Below, one piece after another: positions 26,556 to 36,934 of a DNA stretch of 64,000 nucleotides. Under the pieces are notes generated by a model. That model did no database searches. It was not told where the DNA came from and was given only the letters and a program-made list of their open reading frames with translations. A program made the position numbers and the translations under genes. Numbering within the stretch: position 1 is the stretch's first letter; the number at the start of each line of letters is the position of its first letter. The stretch is from Patescibacteria group bacterium (GTDB lineage: Bacteria > Patescibacteriota > Minisyncoccia > JAHIHE01 > JAGLIN01), in the NCBI GenBank assembly GCA_029210775.1, contig JARGGI010000003.1:4512-68511 (forward strand). Reading direction: 5' to 3'.

Positions 26556-29009
26556 TTATAATTCAATTGAACATTTATTTTTTGATGCAGTTATTGGTCT
26601 TGCCTGCAATATCCAAATCTTGTCATCTTTATCAATACACCATTCAATATCCTGTGGTTGAGCAAAATCTTTTTCAATCTCAAGCCCCTTACTTGCAATT
26701 TTTTGAACAACTTCATCATTAAATTCAAATTCCTCTATTCTTTCAAATATAATTAAATTTTCTCTGCTCAAAGCATATGAATTAGGAATCATCTTTCCCA
26801 AGGCAAGATTTTCACACATACCGGGTACAGCTTCTATCAATAATGTTTTACTACTATCAATATTACTAGTAAACATAACTCCTGAAAATTTTGATTCAAT
26901 CATTTTTTGCACAACAACTGACATCATTATATCCTCATTTTTAATATTATTCTCAAACCTATAAACTATTGCCCTTGTATTAAAAAACGATGCCCAACAT
27001 TTTTTTATAGCTTTTACAAGTTCTTCAAAATCTTTTATATTTAGATATGTATCAAATTGTCCCGCAAAAGATATTTCTCTCTGGTCTTCTAATGAAGAGC
27101 TTGACCTAACCGCCAAAACGCTTTCTTCTAATTTTTCAAAGTTTGCTCTAAGTTCCACTTCAAGCTCAACTGGAAATGATTGATGAATAATAAGTTCTCT
27201 TATCTCTTCAGATATTTTATTAATTGCAAATATATTCTCACAATTTTCTTTAAGCTTTATACACAACGCTTCTATTTCCTTTGATTGAGTCATTTTTTCA
27301 AAAACATTTGTCACTACACAAAAACCATCTGGAACAGAATATTTTTTTGATAAAATAGAAAGACTAATAGCTTTTCCTCCATAAACTGAATTTTCCGAAC
27401 CAACCTCTCTAAGCCAGACAATTTTTTCTACATCAAGTTTTGTTTTATCAATCCCTTTTTCTTTATACTCTTTAGAGTCCTTGACGTCAATTGCATTTAA
27501 AATATTATCCTCAATCAAAGCTTTCTCTTCTGACATATCTTCACCTATTGCAAAAAATGGTTTATCAACAATTTTTATCTCACCATTAATACCATTTAAT
27601 TCTAAATATTGTCCGTTTTTTATCTTTGAATCAATTTTTGCTTGAACAAAACACGGAACACAAGCTTCTCTTGCAATGATAGAAACGTGAGAAAGAGAGC
27701 TTCCATTCTCGCTGACAATTCCAGCAGATTTTCTAATGAGAATTGCAAGATTTGGAGATAGTGCTTTTGAAATAATTATTGACCCTTTTTTAAAATCTTT
27801 GAAATCATCAAAAGAGTTAATGTTGATTGCAGGTCCAATAACAACTTCTTTTGAAGAAACGCTTAAGGCTTTAATTATTTCTTTATCACTATCACTATCA
27901 ACACTATTATCAATTTTGTATAATTTATCAGAAAAATAAATAATTTTTAAAGGTAGTTTTAGTTGTTTATAACCTTCAAAAATATCTCTTCTTTTTTCTG
28001 AAAGCTCTCTTAATAAACTAATTTGTTCCTTATTATTGATATTAATATTTTCAATTTCAGAAATTTTTAAATAAAAAACGAGATAATCTAATCCTGTAAT
28101 TTCACCAAATTTCTGCAAAGCTATTCGTTGAATTTGAAGATATCTTGCAGCAATAAATTTCGCATTTTCTCTCCATCTCATAGCATAATTAATAGGACAC
28201 GCAAAAGAACCATACTTTTTCAATTCAAAAGCATTGTCGGAAAATCTTTCAAATGATATATCATAAGGAGCAAGAGAATAAAAACCAAATTTTTCTTTAA
28301 CAGAATCAGTGTCTCCTTTCATTACAAGTTTATCAAGCTCATCTGATTCACATATTTCAATCGACTTTGATTTTTTTAATTTAATTTTCAATTTATAACT
28401 TAATAAAGCAAAATATGAATAAACCATTGATTCAATGGCAAGCTCTAAAGATTTTTTAGCAGTTTCAATCGGATTTGAAATATTTTCTCTATCTGAATAT
28501 TGACTATAATATTTTTCCGATTCAACTTTAAATTTCTCAAATTCACTAATAGCCTCATTTGCCAAAATACTAAAACTTATCTTATTTATAAATTTTTTTA
28601 CTGAACTCAATAAACCATTAGCATTGAGCTGATTTTTTTCTTCATTTTCATATAATTTTTCATTATCAATTTTGAAGCTTTTTCTTGAACTTGGGTTGCT
28701 TATAAATACATTTTCAATATTTTTCAAAAAATACATCTGACCACAAATAAAAGTAATATACTTTGCATTTTCAAATTTTGTGGCTAATCCACTCTTAAAA
28801 TAAACACTCCAAAAAGGACCCTTTGCATCAAATACTTTTTCAAAAAATTCTTGAGTACATGGTTTTGCAATTGTAACTGAATCAGAATTCTCATCTCTTT
28901 GAAAAACAAAAGGATCACCATTAAATGTTATATTTTTTTTAATAAAATAATTTAATTCTTCAAGTTCAATATTGCTTTTTAAATTAAGAGGCAAAATATT
29001 GTATTTCAT
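26556..29009 (-). CDS. PEP-utilizing-enzyme family protein with permuted domain order: ~400 aa of unknown N-terminal region, then the mobile phospho-His domain, then a PPDK_N-type ATP-grasp domain
   Basis: Mobile-domain motif GSSLSHVSIIAREACVPCFV near aa 440; the C-terminal third has the PPDK_N signatures (VYGGKAISL...VPDGFCVT ... DIEWCIDKDDKIWILQARPIT). Confidence 0.65.
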   Translation of the reverse strand: MKYNILPLNLKSNIELEELNYFIKKNITFNGDPFVFQRDENSDSVTIAKPCTQEFFEKVFDAKGPFWSVYFKSGLATKFENAKYITFICGQMYFLKNIENVFISNPSSRKSFKIDNEKLYENEEKNQLNANGLLSSVKKFINKISFSILANEAISEFEKFKVESEKYYSQYSDRENISNPIETAKKSLELAIESMVYSYFALLSYKLKIKLKKSKSIEICESDELDKLVMKGDTDSVKEKFGFYSLAPYDISFERFSDNAFELKKYGSFACPINYAMRWRENAKFIAARYLQIQRIALQKFGEITGLDYLVFYLKISEIENININNKEQISLLRELSEKRRDIFEGYKQLKLPLKIIYFSDKLYKIDNSVDSDSDKEIIKALSVSSKEVVIGPAININSFDDFKDFKKGSIIISKALSPNLAILIRKSAGIVSENGSSLSHVSIIAREACVPCFVQAKIDSKIKNGQYLELNGINGEIKIVDKPFFAIGEDMSEEKALIEDNILNAIDVKDSKEYKEKGIDKTKLDVEKIVWLREVGSENSVYGGKAISLSILSKKYSVPDGFCVVTNVFEKMTQSKEIEALCIKLKENCENIFAINKISEEIRELIIHQSFPVELEVELRANFEKLEESVLAVRSSSSLEDQREISFAGQFDTYLNIKDFEELVKAIKKCWASFFNTRAIVYRFENNIKNEDIMMSVVVQKMIESKFSGVMFTSNIDSSKTLLIEAVPGMCENLALGKMIPNSYALSRENLIIFERIEEFEFNDEVVQKIASKGLEIEKDFAQPQDIEWCIDKDDKIWILQARPITASKNKCSIEL

Positions 29010-29069
29010 GTTTTTAAATTATACTTTGAAAATGTATTAAACATAATTAATAATAACACAACCTATTCA

Positions 29070-29648
29070 TTATTCAAATTCAATAACACTTTTTTTCTTT
29101 AATTCAAAAAAACACCTTGCACAAGCTTTAACATCAACTAACGCATCATGTGCATCTTCAAAATCATTTCCAAATAATTTATTATGAAGTTCAGATAGAG
29201 TTGGCCACTTAAAACCATACGCTCCAGGAATTTGACAAAATTCTGTGGCAATCTCTTTCGTACAAATTTTTTTTGGTTGAAATAAACTGTTTGATATTTT
29301 TTTTCGAATAAATTCTGCTTCAATTATTTTTTCATCAAAACTCATATTATGAGCAACTAAATACTTTGATTTATTTGTCATTTCGAGATACTTTAACAGT
29401 ATTTTTTTCAAATCAACGCCTTTTTTCAGTGCAATCTGAGTTGTGATGCCATGAATTTTGGATGATTCTTCTGGAATAATAAATCCCTCAGGCTTAATAA
29501 TTTTACTCTCACTTGAAATTTCATTTCCATTTTCATCCAAATAGATCCAAGCGATTTGCACTAACCTTGGCCAATTTTCTAAATCTTTTGCAGGCACATC
29601 CCATTTTTTAGGAAGTCCTGTCGTTTCGGTATCAAAAAATAAATACAT
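29070..29648 (-). CDS. DnaQ-like DEDDh 3'-5' exonuclease
   Basis: Exo I motif MYLFFDTETTGLP; Exo III region H..DALVD. Confidence 0.8.
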   Translation of the reverse strand: MYLFFDTETTGLPKKWDVPAKDLENWPRLVQIAWIYLDENGNEISSESKIIKPEGFIIPEESSKIHGITTQIALKKGVDLKKILLKYLEMTNKSKYLVAHNMSFDEKIIEAEFIRKKISNSLFQPKKICTKEIATEFCQIPGAYGFKWPTLSELHNKLFGNDFEDAHDALVDVKACARCFFELKKKSVIEFE

Positions 29649-29670
29649 AATATATTATCAATTATTTATA

Positions 29671-32600
29671 TTAAATGTTTCCGTTCAATAAATCTTCTTC
29701 AAATTTTTTAATTCCCTTAATGTCTTTTGAATATGATTCAATATTTGGAAAATCAAGACTTTGTATTTTTTTATAAACAATTTGAATTAATTTACTTAAA
29801 CGCTTTACATCTTTGTCTTGAATTAAAAGCGAAAGCACAACAAGATTTTTTCCGTCTGGCTTGATAAATTCTAAATTTCCCATATTAACAGTAAATTTTC
29901 CGCCAAATTCTCTGGAATTTTCAACTAATAATTTATAAAAAATAAGCTGATTATGATAGTCCCAACTATTAATTTTTTTATGTTCCTCTCTTACATCCCA
30001 ACTATTAAATGGTTTTCCAGTTTTATAATCAAATACATCAATAACTTTCTCTCTTTTATTAATATGAATTCTATCCAATTTGCCAGTTATATCTATGCCT
30101 CCAACATTAACCCCCTGAGATTTAAAGTCAAATTCTGTAATATCATTTATATCAAATAAATTTTTTTTCTTTTCATAATAAAAACTAAGTTCATCTCTTC
30201 CACGTTCAATCATTTCCTTAAAATCTTCTTTATTCAATCTTTGTTTTTTTAAAGAATCTTCAAAAACCTTAATAAATAATTCCTTTTTGGGAATACTTTT
30301 TTTTTGTTTAAATTCTGAATAAAAGATATTAAAAGTATTATGAATAGCAGATCCGTATGCACTATTTTTATTTTGCGCTTGAGGAAATCTTAAAAGTTGT
30401 TTTTCTAAAAATTCCTGCGGACCTCTTTTTGCAACATCAAGAAAACTGTTTAAATGAGTTACGCTTAATTTATAATTCTTTAAACGATTTCGAAGCAAGA
30501 CTTCTTTGTCAACATTTCCAACTATATGATTGTTAATTTCTAATTTCAATTCAATAAGATTTTCAAGTTTTTCTTTTTTTATAAATTCCTGCTTTTCATT
30601 ATTTATTATTTCTATATCTTTTTTTTCTCTTTCTCCTTCATTTTTTTCATTAGTAAAATTCAAAAATCGTAACTTAATCTTTTCTTTTCCCTTGCTATCA
30701 TATTTAACATTTGTTAAATATAAATTTCTCTTAGCTCGCGTAATTGCGACATAAAAAAGTCTTAACTTGTCTTCAATACTATCTTTTTGCGCGGCAAGGT
30801 CAATATTAGATGAAAAATTCAAACGACCACTATTATTCTTCATCCAATGATTTTCACTACAATCAACCAAAAAAACAGTATCAAATTCAAGTCCCTTGGC
30901 TCCATAGGCAGTAATGAGATTTACTGACTCATTTTCATCTGAAAATTCGCTTATAATATTCAATGCAATACGATGAGTTTGATGTAAGCCAACAAAACTT
31001 ACGACATCACTAACACTCAAGGTCTTATGCCCTTTGTATTTCCTGACAGAATCAATAAACGAATGCAAACCAACAAGATAATCAAGATAAACAGACCTCT
31101 CAGAATCAAATTTTTTCTTTGAAAAATAATATTCTTTATAAGAACTCAAAAACTCACACTCTTTCATTTTTTTTGTTCCAGTTATAACATCAATTACTTC
31201 TTCAGCAGTAAAGTCATTTGACCTATTTCCAAGCATGATTAAAAACTTGGCAATATTCCTAATGTGCTCATCTTCATGTTCAATCATTATTTCTAACCAT
31301 CGTTTCTTTTCTTTATAGGCTTTAATTGAGATTCTCCATACGACAATTGAATCAATTTGTAAAAAAGAAAAACTTAATATTGTCGGAAGAAATTCATCTG
31401 CTTCTTTTTCACCAACTTTATTAAGAGTATTAATAAAATTAAAAATTGTTATTATTTCCTTAATTTGCCTGTCTTCAAAAACATCTTTCTTTTTTTCATA
31501 AGAAACTGGTATATTAAAAAAATCAAGAACTTTCGCAAACTCTTGAAGAGTTCTGTGTTTTGGGGAAATAACTGCAATATCTTCGGGTCTGCACTTATCT
31601 TGCTCAATTTTCCTTTTAATTTCCTTCGCAATCCAGACCATTTCATAGAAATCTGTATCAAACTGCTTGAGCAATATATTTCCTTTCTCAATTGATACAT
31701 TTCCACTTATAAGCTTTTTTGTTACTTCTTTAATTTTATTTTCAAGTCTTTGCTCACCAATAAGAATGGTTTGCCTCGCAAGATCAAGAATTTCTTGTGT
31801 TGATCTATAATTTTTTTTCAAAACAACAAGTCTCAAATCTTTATACTTATTTATAAAATTCATAATATTTCCAACATTTGCACCTTGAAATTTATAAATT
31901 GCCTGATCATCGTCACCTACAGCAAGTATATTTGGATTATTATCATTTACTTCCAAATCAATAATATTATCAAGCAATCTATTTTGAACATCATTTGTAT
32001 CTTGAAATTCATCAACAAGAATATATTGATATTTTTCCGCAACATTATATCGCAATTCAGGATTTTTTTCCAAAACTTTCACGGTGTCCAAAAGCATATC
32101 AGAAAAATCATAATATCCCCTTTCCTTTAATTTCTTTTGATATTTTTTATATATATCTGCGAGTTCAATCTGTTTTTCAATTTGATGATAATCTTTCAAA
32201 ATTCTTTTTTTATCCTTATCATTTATTGTAAAATTCATTTTCCATTGAGATAGATATTTTGTTTTTCCTTCATTAATTGATTTTTCAATTGCCTCAGTAA
32301 GAGTTGAAACAATTAATTCTTTTTCACTTTTAAATTTTATTATACTTTTTCTCTTTTCAAAGTTTACATTTTCTAATTCTTCTATGATGTTTTTAAACTC
32401 AGGCAGTTTTTTTGTGGAAATGGTTTGTGAGAAATATCTATTAATAATTTCTTCCGAATTTTCAAAAAAACTTTTATTTTCAAAAACAATTTCAAGAAAC
32501 TCATCAGGACTCAGAGCCTTTTTCAAATCACCTATTCTGCTTATTATATCCTTCATGTATGTATATCCCTGCTCTGGATTATATGACCGCAAAAGACTAT

Positions 32601-33000
32601 TATGCTTCATTTTTTTTAATATTTCTTCAATAATTTCAACCTGTGCCAAATCGTCCGCTGGATTATATATTGCTCCTTGATAAAAATATTCTGGATTTTG
32701 GTTAATTATTTCACTACCGAAACTATGAAATGTATGAATTGCAACTCTATAAGCATCTTGACCAATTATATCAGATAACCTATTCCTCATATTCGTAGCA
32801 GCTGACTCTGTGAAAGTCAAACAAAGAATACTATTTGGAAAAATATCTGTTTTTTGTAGAATATTTGCCACACGCAAACTCAGAAGCTCAGTTTTGCCAC
32901 TTCCAGGCCCTGCCACAACAAGCATCGGACCGTCAATGTAATCAACAGCTTCTTTCTGTTCTTTATTAAGCTTTTTATATCTTTCTTCAAATATTGACAT
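29671..33000 (-). CDS. UvrD/PcrA-type SF1 helicase fused to a C-terminal PD-(D/E)xK nuclease (AddA-like helicase-nuclease)
   Basis: Walker A VVAGPGSGKT; UvrD helicase motifs along the N-terminal 700 aa; C-terminal DVFDYKTGK RecB-nuclease motif. Confidence 0.8.
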   Translation of the reverse strand: MSIFEERYKKLNKEQKEAVDYIDGPMLVVAGPGSGKTELLSLRVANILQKTDIFPNSILCLTFTESAATNMRNRLSDIIGQDAYRVAIHTFHSFGSEIINQNPEYFYQGAIYNPADDLAQVEIIEEILKKMKHNSLLRSYNPEQGYTYMKDIISRIGDLKKALSPDEFLEIVFENKSFFENSEEIINRYFSQTISTKKLPEFKNIIEELENVNFEKRKSIIKFKSEKELIVSTLTEAIEKSINEGKTKYLSQWKMNFTINDKDKKRILKDYHQIEKQIELADIYKKYQKKLKERGYYDFSDMLLDTVKVLEKNPELRYNVAEKYQYILVDEFQDTNDVQNRLLDNIIDLEVNDNNPNILAVGDDDQAIYKFQGANVGNIMNFINKYKDLRLVVLKKNYRSTQEILDLARQTILIGEQRLENKIKEVTKKLISGNVSIEKGNILLKQFDTDFYEMVWIAKEIKRKIEQDKCRPEDIAVISPKHRTLQEFAKVLDFFNIPVSYEKKKDVFEDRQIKEIITIFNFINTLNKVGEKEADEFLPTILSFSFLQIDSIVVWRISIKAYKEKKRWLEIMIEHEDEHIRNIAKFLIMLGNRSNDFTAEEVIDVITGTKKMKECEFLSSYKEYYFSKKKFDSERSVYLDYLVGLHSFIDSVRKYKGHKTLSVSDVVSFVGLHQTHRIALNIISEFSDENESVNLITAYGAKGLEFDTVFLVDCSENHWMKNNSGRLNFSSNIDLAAQKDSIEDKLRLFYVAITRAKRNLYLTNVKYDSKGKEKIKLRFLNFTNEKNEGEREKKDIEIINNEKQEFIKKEKLENLIELKLEINNHIVGNVDKEVLLRNRLKNYKLSVTHLNSFLDVAKRGPQEFLEKQLLRFPQAQNKNSAYGSAIHNTFNIFYSEFKQKKSIPKKELFIKVFEDSLKKQRLNKEDFKEMIERGRDELSFYYEKKKNLFDINDITEFDFKSQGVNVGGIDITGKLDRIHINKREKVIDVFDYKTGKPFNSWDVREEHKKINSWDYHNQLIFYKLLVENSREFGGKFTVNMGNLEFIKPDGKNLVVLSLLIQDKDVKRLSKLIQIVYKKIQSLDFPNIESYSKDIKGIKKFEEDLLNGNI

Positions 33001-33074
33001 AAATAAAAAACAATAAAAAATTAGTTTTTACATCTATATTATAACAAGAAATCAAAATTTATGCACGATAATTC

Positions 33075-33110
33075 AAAATTAAGGAGGTTCAACCTCCTTA
33101 ATTTTAACTT
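33075..33110 (-). terminator. terminator of the ABC exporter gene: 15-bp perfect palindrome AAAATTAAGGAGGTT-c-AACCTCCTTAATTTT
   Basis: Seen directly; followed by a T-rich tract on the minus strand. Confidence 0.55.
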
Positions 33111-33240
33111 TCATAATTTTCAAAAGAACAACATTAACACAATATTCTTAAGTCGGCATATGCAAGTGAATTTTTTATTAAAATCGAAAAAAGTTCCATT
33201 TATGAAACTAAAGTCCACGATTAGAAAAAATAGAAAATGT

Positions 33241-35004
33241 TTAGTCTGATATAAATCCGCCAGCTTGAAGCTCCCAGAGTTTTTTATATTGTCCATTTTT
33301 TTTCTCAAGCAATTCTCGATGTGTTCCATCCTCAAGAATTCTTCCTTCATCAATAAAAACAATCCTGTCCATTTTAACAATTGTGGAAAGTCTGTGAGCA
33401 ATAACAATTACTGTTTTTTCTTTCATCAGCCTATTAAGTGCATCTTGAATGAGGCTTTCAGAATGTGAATCAAGACTTGAGGTTGCTTCATCTAAAATCA
33501 AAATAGGTGCGTTTCTCAGAATCGCTCTTGCAATCGCGACTCTTTGTCTTTCTCCACCTGAAAGTTTCACTCCTCGTTCTCCAACATAAGTATTATATTT
33601 TTCTGACAAATTATCAATAAATTCATGACAGTGAGCAAGTTTGGAAGCCTTAATCACTTCTTCGTCTGACGCAGCAAATTTTCCATAACGAATATTTTCC
33701 ATCAAACTTCTGTGAAACAGAATTGGATCTTGTGGAACAAGACTTATATTTTCCCAAAGACTTTCTTGAGTGACTTTTGAAATATCTTGTCCGTCAATCA
33801 AAATTTTTCCACCAAAAACATCAAAATTGCGAAGTAAAAGTTTTACAACTGTCGTTTTTCCAGCTCCAGAGGGACCAATTAATCCAACTCTTTGACAACC
33901 GTTAATAGTTAAATTAAATTTTTCAAAAACTTTTCTTGTTTTATGATAATAAAAACTAACATTTTGAAATTCAATTTTACCTTTTTTAATTATGAGCTTT
34001 TTTGCTCTTAAATTATCCTCAATCTCATGTGGAGTGTTAAATATAGCAGTCATTTCTTCAGCATCCGCCAAATCCTGATAAGTCCTTCTTATCATCTTAC
34101 CAAAATTCCAAATATGCATAATAATAATTAATACATATGATTGCAACAATACAAAATCACCCAAAGTAAATAAATCCTTCTTCCATAGTTTTATGCCAAC
34201 ATAAAAAATTCCAACTTCTAGAATAATCATAATTAACGATTGAATAGCTTCAAATATATTATCTAAATTAAAAGCATATTCTGTAAGATTGCGAACTTTT
34301 TCATTAAGTTTAAAAAATCCGTTTACCTCTTTCTTATAACCGCAAAAAAGCTTAATATTTGAATTATTAGTTATTGTGTCGGAGAGAAATCCCGTTGCTC
34401 TGGTTTGAGCCGCAGATCTCTTTATATCAAATTTCATCTTATACATAGCCATTGACCAGTTTACTGTCATAAATATGGAAAGCCAAACAATAATTATTAT
34501 ACCTAGAAGATAATTACTCCAAAAAAGAACGGTAATTATAATTATAACTTTCACTATAAGTGGTATAAAATCCCACAGAGTTCGGTCAAGAATATCTCGG
34601 AATGAGTTTGTAAAATAACCCACTCTCTTTACCAACGAGCCCACAAAATTATTATTAAAATATGAGAATGAATGCTTATGAAGATACTTAAAACATGTGT
34701 TTTGTATGTCAGTAAAAAGTTGCACGTAAAAATGAGTCGTCGCAAAAGTAGCAACCCTCCAGGCAATCCATCCCACAAAATTAACGATCAATATTGCTAT
34801 TAAAATATCAACTAGTTTACTAGAAACTATCTCTTTTGATTGTTCACTCCCCAAAACATCAAAAAAATTTTTATAATATAAGGGCAGGATAACATCTATC
34901 GCAGAACCAGCCACAATAAAAAAAGTTACTATCAATCCTGATAATTTATATTTTACAACATGACTCCAATATATTTTAAGAGTTCTTTTTGTATTATTTT
35001 TCAT
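33241..35004 (-). CDS. ABC exporter, fused permease and ATPase (MsbA/lipid A exporter-like)
   Basis: Six TM helices; Walker A GPSGAGKTT; signature LSGGERQRVAIARA; Walker B ILILDEATS. Confidence 0.9.
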   Translation of the reverse strand: MKNNTKRTLKIYWSHVVKYKLSGLIVTFFIVAGSAIDVILPLYYKNFFDVLGSEQSKEIVSSKLVDILIAILIVNFVGWIAWRVATFATTHFYVQLFTDIQNTCFKYLHKHSFSYFNNNFVGSLVKRVGYFTNSFRDILDRTLWDFIPLIVKVIIIITVLFWSNYLLGIIIIVWLSIFMTVNWSMAMYKMKFDIKRSAAQTRATGFLSDTITNNSNIKLFCGYKKEVNGFFKLNEKVRNLTEYAFNLDNIFEAIQSLIMIILEVGIFYVGIKLWKKDLFTLGDFVLLQSYVLIIIMHIWNFGKMIRRTYQDLADAEEMTAIFNTPHEIEDNLRAKKLIIKKGKIEFQNVSFYYHKTRKVFEKFNLTINGCQRVGLIGPSGAGKTTVVKLLLRNFDVFGGKILIDGQDISKVTQESLWENISLVPQDPILFHRSLMENIRYGKFAASDEEVIKASKLAHCHEFIDNLSEKYNTYVGERGVKLSGGERQRVAIARAILRNAPILILDEATSSLDSHSESLIQDALNRLMKEKTVIVIAHRLSTIVKMDRIVFIDEGRILEDGTHRELLEKKNGQYKKLWELQAGGFISD

Positions 35005-35236
35005 AAATATTAATCAACCTTAGAATCAAAGTTACTTTGTTTTAAAAATTAATTTTACAAAATAAATAATTTGAAAAACAAAAATAGCCAATTGACGACC
35101 TTAAAGCACTTAGAACGCTATAAAATTGTCGTTTTTTCTATATATAAATAAACGAATTTAATTGATATTTGTTACCACAAGCCGTAAAGCATCGTTCAAA
35201 ACAACCAATTTAAACATAAAATCATTCATTTTTCCA

Positions 35237-35268
35237 ACACAAAACCCCGAAAAATCGGGGTTTTATTC
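35237..35268. terminator. hairpin terminator downstream of csp (AAAACCCCGA-aaaa-TCGGGGTTTT)
   Basis: Seen directly. Confidence 0.6.
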
Positions 35269-35286
35269 TTCAAAAAGACTTGTGTA

Positions 35287-35484
35287 TTATGCACGTGACA
35301 CATTTGTCGCGTTTAGACCCTTCGGAGATTCTGTTACTTCAAAAGTAACTTCATCACCTTCTCTAAGCTCATCATAAGTTACACCAACAAGTTCATTTGA
35401 GTGAAAGAATAAATCTTTTCCTCCATCACCTTGTTCGATGAATCCAAATCCCTTATCTGTAAGTTTTTTTATTTTACCATTCAT
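35287..35484 (-). CDS. cold-shock protein (CspA family)
   Basis: MNGKIKKLTDKGFGFIEQ...DLFFHSNEL has the RNP1 and RNP2 motifs; start trimmed to the internal Met that gives the canonical 65-aa protein. Confidence 0.9.
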   Translation of the reverse strand: MNGKIKKLTDKGFGFIEQGDGGKDLFFHSNELVGVTYDELREGDEVTFEVTESPKGLNATNVSRA

Positions 35485-35667
35485 AAATACTAAATAAAAA
35501 AGCGAATTAAATTGCAAGACCTAATGCTTTGCAGAATTCGACTTATGTTCTACTTTATAACGCACAGCTTACTTTATCAGGATAGCATAAATAACAATTA
35601 GTGTCAATACTGTATTTTTCTAACTTAAAAATCAAAAAATGTGTTCAGAAAAGTGAACAAGTAATCT

Positions 35668-36903
35668 TTATTTTACAACATTTTCCCCTGCAACAAAGCC
35701 CGTACTCCAGCACAGTTGCAAATTATATCCACCTGTAGGACCATCAAGATCAAGAATTTCCCCTGCAAAGTATAAATTATCAATTAAAGTCGATTTCATT
35801 GTTAAAGGATCAATCTCGCGCAAATCAACACCACCAGAAGTGGCAATTGCCCTTTCATATCCTTTTAAACTTTTAAACTCCAAACTAAATTCTTTTATAA
35901 GGTGTAGCAGTTTTTTTCTCTCCTCTTTCGTTACAAGATTTACTTTCTTTTTCGAATCAATCCCTGAAAGTTTAATCATAACAGGAATAAGTTTTTGCGG
36001 TAAAAGCCTATCAAGACTATTTCGAAATATCTTATTATTCCCTACTCGAAAATCTTTTTGAATTCGTAAATCAAGCTTTGCAAAATCTAATGCTGGTTTG
36101 AAATCAATTTGAATCTTCATTTGCACAGAAAGGTGCTTTCCAATTTCATTACTCAAATCAAGAATAACTGGACCACTTATTCCATCTGCAGTGAATATTG
36201 CTTCTCCAAATCTTGAATTAATTTTCTTATTATTTTTATATATACTAATCTCAATGTTTTTCAAACTTAATCCTTCAAGCTCTTTTACAATTTCCTCTTT
36301 GACAACAATTGGAGTAAGCGATGGAGAAAGGCTTGTGATTGTGTGTCCCAATTTTGTAAGCCAATTATATCCATCTCCAGAAGATCCTGTGCCTGGATAT
36401 GACTTTCCGCCAGTACAAATCACAAATTTATCTGCAAATATTTCCTCACCACTTACAAGAACAACTTTTTCAATTCTATTTCCACTTTTTATAATATCTT
36501 TAACTGGCATGCTTGTCCTGAGAGCAACCTGAGATTTTTTCAAATAACCAATCAAAGAATCAAGCACATCTTTTGACTGATCACTAACAGGAAAAACGCG
36601 ATTTCCTCTTTCAATTTTTGTTTTAACTCCGCGTGATTCAAAAAAATTAATCGTATCCTCAACTCCAAATTTATAAAACGATGAAAAAAGAAATTTTCCA
36701 TTTTTTCCAAACTTGCTCGTAATCTCTTTCAAATCATCTATCTTGTTTGTAATATTACATCGCCCCTTTCCTGTAATTAAAAGTTTTACTCCGAGGTATC
36801 GATTTTTTTCAAGCAAAAGCACGCGAGAACCAAGCTCACTAGCTCTTCCTGCGCACATCATTCCTGCAGGACCTCCACCAATTACTACCACATCATATTT
36901 CAT
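35668..36903 (-). CDS. HI0933-like FAD-dependent flavoprotein (NAD(FAD)-utilizing dehydrogenase)
   Basis: MKYDVVVIGGGPAGMM dinucleotide-binding start; family-typical length and C-terminal GG..GGYNLQ motif. Confidence 0.8.
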   Translation of the reverse strand: MKYDVVVIGGGPAGMMCAGRASELGSRVLLLEKNRYLGVKLLITGKGRCNITNKIDDLKEITSKFGKNGKFLFSSFYKFGVEDTINFFESRGVKTKIERGNRVFPVSDQSKDVLDSLIGYLKKSQVALRTSMPVKDIIKSGNRIEKVVLVSGEEIFADKFVICTGGKSYPGTGSSGDGYNWLTKLGHTITSLSPSLTPIVVKEEIVKELEGLSLKNIEISIYKNNKKINSRFGEAIFTADGISGPVILDLSNEIGKHLSVQMKIQIDFKPALDFAKLDLRIQKDFRVGNNKIFRNSLDRLLPQKLIPVMIKLSGIDSKKKVNLVTKEERKKLLHLIKEFSLEFKSLKGYERAIATSGGVDLREIDPLTMKSTLIDNLYFAGEILDLDGPTGGYNLQLCWSTGFVAGENVVK

Positions 36904-36934
36904 AGAGATATTTTCATATAATAGATTAAGACAA

